A DNA stretch of 64,000 bases from a virus. Position numbers and translations under genes: made by a program. The notes beneath the pieces were generated by a model. The model saw only the letters and a program-made list of their open reading frames with translations. It did not search any database and had not been told where the DNA came from. Positions 56,782 through 64,000 of this stretch are shown here, piece after piece. The stretch is from the IMG/VR virus record IMGVR_UViG_3300023235_000012, positions 73,268-137,267 of that record. One strand, given 5' to 3'. Every line of letters begins with the position of its first letter. Within the stretch, counting starts at the first letter, position 1.

Positions 56782-57423
56782 CTACCATTTGAGTGATTTA
56801 ATAAATTCAGTCATGGTTGACTCGATGTATTTTTCAGCTTTGACGTCTCCGTCGTGTCTAGCTGAAAAGACATCTAAGGTATTCTGCCCCGTGAGACTTC
56901 CAAAAATACTTTCGTAAATTGGTGTCGGGTAGGCGTCCGGAGCAGATGGTTGCATTACTAGATCAACTGTGATAATTTCAAACTCAGATACATCACCCGT
57001 TGCTTCGTTAACATTTCCTGATCCCCTGGAACTGACACCCAATTTAACACCACTCTTCAATAATGCTGTTGCAATATTTCCACATGGCGTTGGTAGAATA
57101 GTCAAACGACCCATACCGTTTGGTCCATTCATCCACATCTTATCAATTATATGGCTTATGCGTTCAAGATTAATGGTGAGCGAATCCGGATGATCCAACT
57201 CACCAGTAACCGAAAAACCACCATCAATCTTAGATTGGATGTCTTTAACCGCCGAACCAATTTCTTGTCCTGGATAAACTCTACCATTATGGTTTTGTTT
57301 TTCTCCCTGAATAAAAATTCCCTCCATTCGATATTTCTTTCCATCAGTGGAACTATCGTCTTCTTCAACGATAATACCTGCCTGTACTGAGGAGAGAACT
57401 TCTTGGAGTAGCGGCTTCGTCAT
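56782..57423 (-). CDS. prohead protease (gp21-like)
   Basis: NHNGRVY, GELDHP, GVSSRGSG, DLVMQPSAP. Confidence 0.95.
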   Translation of the reverse strand: MTKPLLQEVLSSVQAGIIVEEDDSSTDGKKYRMEGIFIQGEKQNHNGRVYPGQEIGSAVKDIQSKIDGGFSVTGELDHPDSLTINLERISHIIDKMWMNGPNGMGRLTILPTPCGNIATALLKSGVKLGVSSRGSGNVNEATGDVSEFEIITVDLVMQPSAPDAYPTPIYESIFGSLTGQNTLDVFSARHDGDVKAEKYIESTMTEFIKSLKW

Positions 57424-57428
57424 AGTAA

Positions 57429-58244
57429 TTAAACCTTATTAGCCGGGGATTTAGCACCATCGCCGGATCGACCTGAATCAGCCTTTTGAGAGACTTTCTT
57501 CTGGCGTTCTTTTCCAGAACCTTGGTTTCCGTCTTTGGATAATTGTTCGTCTTTTACTGAAGGAGATGTACGGCCGCTTTCTTCTTTTTGTGACTTGCCC
57601 ATTTTTCCTTCTGCTTTACCACCTTGATTTTGCTTTGGATGAGGAGACTTTTCGCTGTCACTTTTCTTATCGGCACCTTTGATGTTTTCTTTCCAATTGA
57701 CGGCTTCTTCAATAGCGTCGTCTTCATCGTCTTCATCATCTTCATCGTCTTCATCGTCTTCATCGTCTTCATCATCAAATTCTAAATCTTCATCATCGAG
57801 ATCTTCATCATCGAGATCTTCATCATCGAGATCTTCATCATCGAGATCTTCATCATCGAGATCAGATTCATCAGAAAATTCTGCGACTAGTTGATCGATT
57901 TTGTCTTCAAGGTCTTCGAAGTCTTGTTTGGTAGCTGGCTCATCTTCGTCCATGCCGTCATCATAATCAACGTCCATATCGTCGTCGACGTCCATTTCAT
58001 CTTCAAGATCTTCGTCTGGATCAACGACGTCAGATTCGAAGTCATCTCCCATATCACCACCGACTTCGTCAGCGTAATAATCGTCTTCTGGTCCGTCTTC
58101 AGAAAATTGATCCCATGATTCTTTCAATTGTTCTTTTGCATTCGTAACAAAGAATTCATGCAGAAAGCTATCAGCAAGATCGAAATCTTTATTAGTGAAG
58201 GCATCAAAAGCTTCGTATAGCTTTGCGATGTTCTTTGTTGACAT
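57429..58244 (-). CDS. highly acidic prohead core protein
   Basis: D/E-rich; between the portal and protease genes. Confidence 0.7.
   Translation of the reverse strand: MSTKNIAKLYEAFDAFTNKDFDLADSFLHEFFVTNAKEQLKESWDQFSEDGPEDDYYADEVGGDMGDDFESDVVDPDEDLEDEMDVDDDMDVDYDDGMDEDEPATKQDFEDLEDKIDQLVAEFSDESDLDDEDLDDEDLDDEDLDDEDLDDEDLEFDDEDDEDDEDDEDDEDDEDDAIEEAVNWKENIKGADKKSDSEKSPHPKQNQGGKAEGKMGKSQKEESGRTSPSVKDEQLSKDGNQGSGKERQKKVSQKADSGRSGDGAKSPANKV
57720..57860. repeat. coding tandem repeats: 9-bp DED units and (ATCTTCATCATCGAG)x5
   Basis: read directly; encodes LDDED x5. Confidence 0.9.
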
Positions 58245-58360
58245 TGTGTTTTTCTCCTACGTAAGATTGATAAAACAGAAGTTTTTCAATGTTATTTAGA
58301 AGAAATAGGTACTTTACCTCTTCAAACAATGTCAGAATTGATATTTTTTAATTTTTGGAA

Positions 58361-58570
58361 TTATTCGTCGTCAGATCCGCCATCGCCATACATTATTTCT
58401 AATGTCACTGACTGTTTAGCTTGTTCAGCTTTTTTGACTTCTCTCATCTTCCGTAATCTATTTAGATTGCGCAGAGTGATCTTCGGCTTGCGGGTATCAG
58501 TCATTTTCTTATATGACTGATCTAATTCTGGCTCATAAATTTCAGCTTCTAAAATTTCAATATGCTTCAT
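58361..58570 (-). CDS. small head protein
   Basis: DTRKPKITLRNLNRLRKMRE; ATGA overlap with the portal gene. Confidence 0.7.
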   Translation of the reverse strand: MKHIEILEAEIYEPELDQSYKKMTDTRKPKITLRNLNRLRKMREVKKAEQAKQSVTLEIMYGDGGSDDE

Positions 58571-60321
58571 AGTTCGTCGGCTCCTCCGAGTGGGCTATCT
58601 AAACCTTCCTCGTTTCCAAAATCATCTCCACCTTCGGAGTTTTCTGTATCTTCTTCAGGGCCAAAGTCGTCTTCAGGTAAACCTACGCCTACAGATTGCA
58701 GGCCAGGTGCTCCGGTCGCCAATTCCTCATCAGCCATCAAAGCCGATAGACCACTTAATTTCGATGGATTTTCTTCGCGCCACATTCTAGCATTCCGCGC
58801 TATTTTCTCTTCATCCCACTGTAAAAATTCTTCCATTGCTATTCTCTTCGAGATGAATGGAACATCATTCATCTGAGTGAATAAGCTAATGCTACTATTA
58901 AGCATTTCAATTTTGGTCCACTCGGCGAAATTCATTGGTGGATTGAATCTCAGATCAAAATCAGAAACGTTAATGTTGTATCCTTTATAATCCAAATACC
59001 GCTTAAATTCTGCGTCAAACGTTGTGCAGAAATTATTTTGTAATCTTTGACAATATTTAGCAAAACGGATTTCCTGAACAAGAACCTGTCCCATTCTTCC
59101 ATCATTGTGAGTTTGTGTCCCATCATCTGGACCAAATGGTAAGTAAGAAGATGGAATTTTCAGCCCTCTAATCAGTTTATTATTCCAAAATCGTAAATCA
59201 TCAATTTGTCCGAGGGACTCACCTCCAGGCAAGGTGGTAATATCAGATCCTCTACCATCTGCTGTGACCGGTAGGTAGAAATCTTCCAAGATGGACATTG
59301 GATTGTAAGCAGTGTCCATCAAGGAGAAACTTTCTGATCCTGATCCATCTCTGGTTGGAATTCTTCGTTGATGCATTTCGTTCTTCATACGCTCAACAAA
59401 TTGCATTGCTTTATGATGAGGAAGATTTCCAACATCGATCTTAAAAACTCTACGTTCTGGAGCTCTTTGGATTCTATAGATAATGATCGCATCTTCTAAT
59501 AATTCTTTTTGTTTGTATGTCTTATATATAGATTCTAGAACAGAAGTTCCAAAAGGCCAATTCGGATCGTCTCCCGAATTCATACTCATATGTATTACAT
59601 TTTCAGCATTCACTGCAAATGACTGTGCACTGTTTATAAATCGACTACTTTGGGATCCACCCATCTGAGAGTTCGTCTGTGTTCCCGGCATTCCTTGTGA
59701 GCCTGAAATATTTGAGATAGCTGCGGTGCCGGGAATAGAATAGTTATTAGTAGTCTCAACGGATGCGGTAGCAACCTGAGCCTGAAGATTTAACTCTAAG
59801 TCTTTAATAAAATATTGTTCAATTTCTTTACCTTTGGACTCATCGACTATTACCTTTTCAATTTTGAATGGATTAGCTGGATAGAGTTCAAATGTTTCAG
59901 GATCCCTAACGAAGAAATAGTCACCGTATTTTAAAGACGCTCGCACTACATCAAAGATCCGCCTATCCAAATTATTCAATTTGATCCAGTCTTTTAATAA
60001 GGATTGAATAGTTTCTATGATTGTGTCAGGAGTTTCATCACTAAAGTTAATCGTGAATGGATTACCGTCGTTGTCTTCGTTATTTTGAGTGCAAAAATCA
60101 GCCAGAATATCAAGTGCCGCATGAATCTCTGGATCGTTTTCCATCATGTCATATTGTCGAAAACGATCTAATCTGTTCGGAAAACCAGCATATACCTCAG
60201 GAAGAAATGACCGATAATTTTTTGATGATCCTGCAGGCTCATAACTATCTTCTTTCCCTCTGTAAAGGTTCATCCGAGCTGTCTTGTTTGCCAGCCGATA
60301 ATGTCTTTTCCAAACTGCCAT
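58567..60321 (-). CDS. portal protein (gp20-like)
   Basis: LEDAIIIYRIQRAPERRVFKIDVGNLP, EDFYLP, ITTLPGG. Confidence 0.96.
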   Translation of the reverse strand: MAVWKRHYRLANKTARMNLYRGKEDSYEPAGSSKNYRSFLPEVYAGFPNRLDRFRQYDMMENDPEIHAALDILADFCTQNNEDNDGNPFTINFSDETPDTIIETIQSLLKDWIKLNNLDRRIFDVVRASLKYGDYFFVRDPETFELYPANPFKIEKVIVDESKGKEIEQYFIKDLELNLQAQVATASVETTNNYSIPGTAAISNISGSQGMPGTQTNSQMGGSQSSRFINSAQSFAVNAENVIHMSMNSGDDPNWPFGTSVLESIYKTYKQKELLEDAIIIYRIQRAPERRVFKIDVGNLPHHKAMQFVERMKNEMHQRRIPTRDGSGSESFSLMDTAYNPMSILEDFYLPVTADGRGSDITTLPGGESLGQIDDLRFWNNKLIRGLKIPSSYLPFGPDDGTQTHNDGRMGQVLVQEIRFAKYCQRLQNNFCTTFDAEFKRYLDYKGYNINVSDFDLRFNPPMNFAEWTKIEMLNSSISLFTQMNDVPFISKRIAMEEFLQWDEEKIARNARMWREENPSKLSGLSALMADEELATGAPGLQSVGVGLPEDDFGPEEDTENSEGGDDFGNEEGLDSPLGGADEL

Positions 60322-60350
60322 TTTAATCCTTAATTTTGGTTTCTATTTAT

Positions 60351-62477
60351 TTATGCTGCAAAAGAACCCTCTAATCCCTGAAGGCCAGATCTTATCTGAT
60401 TTCCGAGGTCTTTCGAGTTTCTTCCGGTTTCATTTATCTGGTGTTTACCTACTTCAATCAATTCTTTCGCTAGATTATTTGATTCTTTCAGAAGAACAGC
60501 CAACTGTTCACTTGAATTTCCTGTCCCAGATTGAAATTCTTTATTGAATTTGATTGGATCATGTTTAACCGTTACATCAACTGGCACTTTCTTCCCAACA
60601 GTTGGGATGATAGCTTCGTGCCCATGAAGCATCGTCGGAGTCCCTGAACCGAAATCACCCATTCCTCCAGAAGCAAATCCAAGCATATCTTTAACTCCAT
60701 CCATCATACCATCAAATGGATTAATTGCTTCAAGTATACTAAAGAAATTAGTAAAGAAATTGGAAAGTCTGTCAACAAGACCACTTATAAAATCACCAAA
60801 ATCACCAAGTTTTTCTGTGATAAAATCAAAATTATCCCATAATAGGTACAAACCAGTGCCGACCGCAGTTAATCCAAGTGCTACAGCGGCAATTGGTATT
60901 AGGACTGGAGCTAGTGCCGCTCCAATTCCAGCTAAACCCGCTCCAACCGCTAATCCTGATCCAGTTATTAATGAAAATGCTGCTGAAATACCAACAATAG
61001 CGGTTTTCATTGCAGTAAGAACCGTCAAAATTCCAAGGAAAGAACCTAGAGTTACTGCAATAGGTGCTAATATTTCATTGTTCTTTTTTAGCCAATCAGC
61101 AAAACCCTTCATCATTATGATTAGAGGATCTCTAATAAATTCGGTTAATGACGATAATGCTGATTGCAAGCCATCTGATCCTAGAAGAGCAGCAGCGATT
61201 GAACTAAAAGATCCCATCAAATCTTTTCCTGCTTCCCCTAAATCATGCAATACTGCTTGAAACGGATCCATTGGTTTTCCAACCAGACTAGCAGATCGTT
61301 CAAGTCCAAGCAACGATGAAATTAAAGAAGAAAACGCCGGATCTGTATCTCCAAGCTGAGCAACCAATTTAGATAATTGATCAGCTACAGGCCCTACATT
61401 AGATTTCATCTCATTAATTTCATTAGAGAATTCTGCATTCGTAACCGTACCAGTTCTCATCTTGTTAACGAGTTCCAATATTTGTCCACTTAGTGGACCA
61501 GATGCTGCAATAAATCTTTTCCCGAATTCAGACATTGGTCGACCACCAGTTGCAACCATCTCTTCTAACATCTGTCCAAATTCTGGTCCAAGCGCGTTAA
61601 ATGCCGGACCCGCTCGCTTCAGATTATCCATTACAGTCTGTCGAATATCTTCCGGCATGGATCTTAATGCGGCTTGGACCTGCGTACTGTCCACCATTGA
61701 CTTTGATGATTCTTCTAATTCTTTTCTTGACTTACCTAATGCAACTGACCACATATCTAAACTCTTCATATATTCTGTGGCTGCGCTTGCTTGTTGACTT
61801 CTAGATAACGTATCGAGTGTCTGTGCTAATCTCTGTTGTTCTAAATATTCACCAAGATAATCGTTCAATTCTTCTGTCTTCATCCCTAATTGACCAAGAC
61901 CTTGTAGACTATTTCTTACTTGCATGCTCATATTGCCAAAATCACGAACACCTCTGGATCCCATTTTTGTAAAAACTGCAGAACGATCAACCATAATTTT
62001 AGCGAATTCATCCATTGAAATCGAAGCAAGTGCAGCAGACATTCGCATATCAGCCATTCCACCAGCAAAAGTTATACCAGTATTATAGAAATCATTCATG
62101 ACACTAACGGAAGTTGATAGATATTCAGTAAATTGATCAACGATGATTGCGGCTGCTGTAAATGATATAGCTAATGCTGCTATTGATCCAGTTTCAAGAC
62201 TCGAAAAAGCTGTTTTGACATTTCCTGCTTTTTCTGAGACATTTTCGAACATATTGATAGTCTTGGATCCTTTTCCACCAAGCGCATTTGCGGATTTTTT
62301 CAAATCTTTAAACGCAGAATCTCTTTCTTTCCTGACTTTTTCTTCTTGTTTTTCTGACGTAGCATTGTTCTTGGATCTATTATCCAACGCATTAAGAATA
62401 TCTTTGGCCGTCCTTTCGGTTGCCCAACCTTTATCTTGTGCTGTCATTTGATTTAGAAGATCTTCAACTTCGGACAT
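60351..62477 (-). CDS. tape-measure-like tail protein
   Basis: helical, hydrophobic stretch, LHGHEAIIP motif; likely start MSEVE. Confidence 0.65.
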   Translation of the reverse strand: MSEVEDLLNQMTAQDKGWATERTAKDILNALDNRSKNNATSEKQEEKVRKERDSAFKDLKKSANALGGKGSKTINMFENVSEKAGNVKTAFSSLETGSIAALAISFTAAAIIVDQFTEYLSTSVSVMNDFYNTGITFAGGMADMRMSAALASISMDEFAKIMVDRSAVFTKMGSRGVRDFGNMSMQVRNSLQGLGQLGMKTEELNDYLGEYLEQQRLAQTLDTLSRSQQASAATEYMKSLDMWSVALGKSRKELEESSKSMVDSTQVQAALRSMPEDIRQTVMDNLKRAGPAFNALGPEFGQMLEEMVATGGRPMSEFGKRFIAASGPLSGQILELVNKMRTGTVTNAEFSNEINEMKSNVGPVADQLSKLVAQLGDTDPAFSSLISSLLGLERSASLVGKPMDPFQAVLHDLGEAGKDLMGSFSSIAAALLGSDGLQSALSSLTEFIRDPLIIMMKGFADWLKKNNEILAPIAVTLGSFLGILTVLTAMKTAIVGISAAFSLITGSGLAVGAGLAGIGAALAPVLIPIAAVALGLTAVGTGLYLLWDNFDFITEKLGDFGDFISGLVDRLSNFFTNFFSILEAINPFDGMMDGVKDMLGFASGGMGDFGSGTPTMLHGHEAIIPTVGKKVPVDVTVKHDPIKFNKEFQSGTGNSSEQLAVLLKESNNLAKELIEVGKHQINETGRNSKDLGNQIRSGLQGLEGSFAA

Positions 62478-62533
62478 ATTCCACCGCATAAATAATATTG
62501 ACTTACGAGTATTTACAAGAATTGGAGAACCCC

Positions 62534-63382
62534 ATGTCACAGAATCAAAATCCACTGTCCGGTTTTTTTCGTCAGACTAAAATTTCAATCAAAATACCAT
62601 CTGAAGGAAAATTCTATCCTGATGGATTTTTAGAACTGAATAATGGAGATGAATTAGATATCAAGGCTATGACATCAGAAGATGAACTCCGTCTTAAAAA
62701 TCCAGATGCTCTTCTAAATGGACAAGCTATGGTTGACATTATGAAAAGCTGTGTCCCAGGAATTAAAGGAAAACCAGAACAACTCTTAATTCCTGACGTT
62801 TCGGTTATCATGCTAGCTATCCGAAATGCCACTTATGGTGATGAACTAACCTTTAAGGCTACTTGCCCAGAATGCACAAAAGAAACCGAATTTTCACGAT
62901 CTATCCGTTCTTCTCTTGATTTCACTACCTTTCTAGAAGATGAATATATCGTAGAAATTGAAGGGTTAAAGATTTATCTACATCCACATAATTTCAAGAC
63001 TTATACTAAGAATAATCTGGTTCAATTCGAACAATCAAAAATTATGCAATTAGTTGAAAAAGAAGACGTAGCCGATGATGAAAAACTTCGTTCGTTTGGT
63101 AATTCATTCAAAATGATGGTGAAAATTAATTTCGAATTAGTTAGTGATTCCATCACAAAGATAGTCACTCCAGATGGAAAAGAAGTAAATGATAAGAAAT
63201 TCATCAGCGAATTCTTACGAGAAATGGGTTCAAAAGAAATAGAAATAATCAAGAAAAAAATCCAAAAAATGAATGAAACCGGTGTTCCAACTCATCATGA
63301 TTGTAAATGTTCAGAAGAAGATTGTGCACATGAATGGAGAGAAGAAGGTATTCAATTTGATCCTTCCCATTTTTTCGAATGA
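62534..63382 (+). CDS. baseplate hub subunit (gp26-like)
   Basis: IPSEGKFY, KNPDALLNG, AIRNATYG, CPEC. Reads on the + strand (track label '-' is wrong). Confidence 0.75.
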   Translation: MSQNQNPLSGFFRQTKISIKIPSEGKFYPDGFLELNNGDELDIKAMTSEDELRLKNPDALLNGQAMVDIMKSCVPGIKGKPEQLLIPDVSVIMLAIRNATYGDELTFKATCPECTKETEFSRSIRSSLDFTTFLEDEYIVEIEGLKIYLHPHNFKTYTKNNLVQFEQSKIMQLVEKEDVADDEKLRSFGNSFKMMVKINFELVSDSITKIVTPDGKEVNDKKFISEFLREMGSKEIEIIKKKIQKMNETGVPTHHDCKCSEEDCAHEWREEGIQFDPSHFFE

Positions 63383-63600
63383 GGCTTTTGGTCCTAGATG
63401 ATGAGGGGATCGCCGGTCATCTCATGCAACTCGAAGACGGTTCAAAAGCCATCCGGAAAGAAATATCTGATATGATAATGACATTAGATGGTTGTGTATC
63501 TTGGACAGAATGTTGGAATATGAGCCGTGAAGACAGACTGAATATATTAGAATCATTCAGTGATCATCAAAGAAAAATGAAGAAGGTGATGAACTCTTAA
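63379..63600 (+). CDS. baseplate hub assembly protein (gp51-like)
   Basis: ATGA-coupled to the gp26-like gene; VSWTECWNMSREDR. Confidence 0.55.
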   Translation: MRLLVLDDEGIAGHLMQLEDGSKAIRKEISDMIMTLDGCVSWTECWNMSREDRLNILESFSDHQRKMKKVMNS

Positions 63601-63750
63601 CAATAATGAATGTTATAATGAATGTAATATTCAAAGGTAAACATTTGAATGTAAACATTTGAAGATTCAGTGATCATCAAAGAAAAATGAAGAAGGTGAT
63701 GAACTCTTAACAATAATGAATGTTATAATGAATATAATATTCAAAAGTAA
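63555..63750 (+). repeat. 86-bp direct repeat, period 110, in an AT-rich repeat region
   Basis: 63555-63640 vs 63665-63750, 2 mismatches. Confidence 0.9.
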
Positions 63751-64000
63751 TAAATGAACGTAATATTCAAAAGTAATAATGAATGTAAACATTTGAAGAT
63801 CTAGAGATCTAATGTTAAGCCTAAAGGCTTATCATTGGTTTAACTCTTTTTTAAATGTTCTAATAACACCAATCTCGAAACCAGCATGTTTCCGTTGGTT
63901 GAAGAGCTCCCTTTTGCCCTAGCTTCCAAGTATGGAAAATGAACAAAAGGGGCGAAGCTTCCGTATAGCTATCATCGCTTTGGATTCGGGTTATCTACAG

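Noticed and set aside
62498-63382. Minus-strand label in the ORF track
   Set aside because: The listed protein reads on the plus strand (ATG TCA CAG AAT at 62534, TGA ending 63382).
1-64000. tRNA or rRNA genes; bacterial chromosome origin
   Set aside because: No cloverleaf or rRNA-like sequence was seen by eye; host-like genes are interleaved with T4-like core genes and share their promoter motifs.

Overview
A 64 kb, AT-rich, mostly minus-strand segment of a large T4-like (jumbo) myophage; no rRNA, tRNA or CRISPR array was seen. Core replication and recombination genes: family-B DNA polymerase, clamp, gp32, UvsX/UvsY, RNase H and two topoisomerase II subunits. Core structural genes: large terminase, portal, scaffold, protease, major capsid, PAAR, tape-measure-like and baseplate-hub proteins. 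Accessory content: a PrkA/YeaG-YeaH module with ClpS and a Ser/Thr phosphatase; a 7-deazaguanine locus (TGT/DpdA-like, QueC, FolE, QueE) that also holds myo-inositol-1-phosphate synthase and a HAD phosphatase; Acb1-like, Apyc1-like and macrodomain proteins; and five tandem paralogs built from shuffled 23-aa repeats. Most striking: several unrelated enzymes (Acb1-like, a kinase-NTase fusion, a ligase-cytidylyltransferase fusion, an NTase, a nuclease) share a T4 capsid-targeting-like N-terminal peptide, suggesting injected enzyme cargo. Two conserved genes (uvsX, PAAR) lack ATG/GTG/TTG starts, and about seven genes look leaderless. All calls come from motif recognition by eye; no searches were run.
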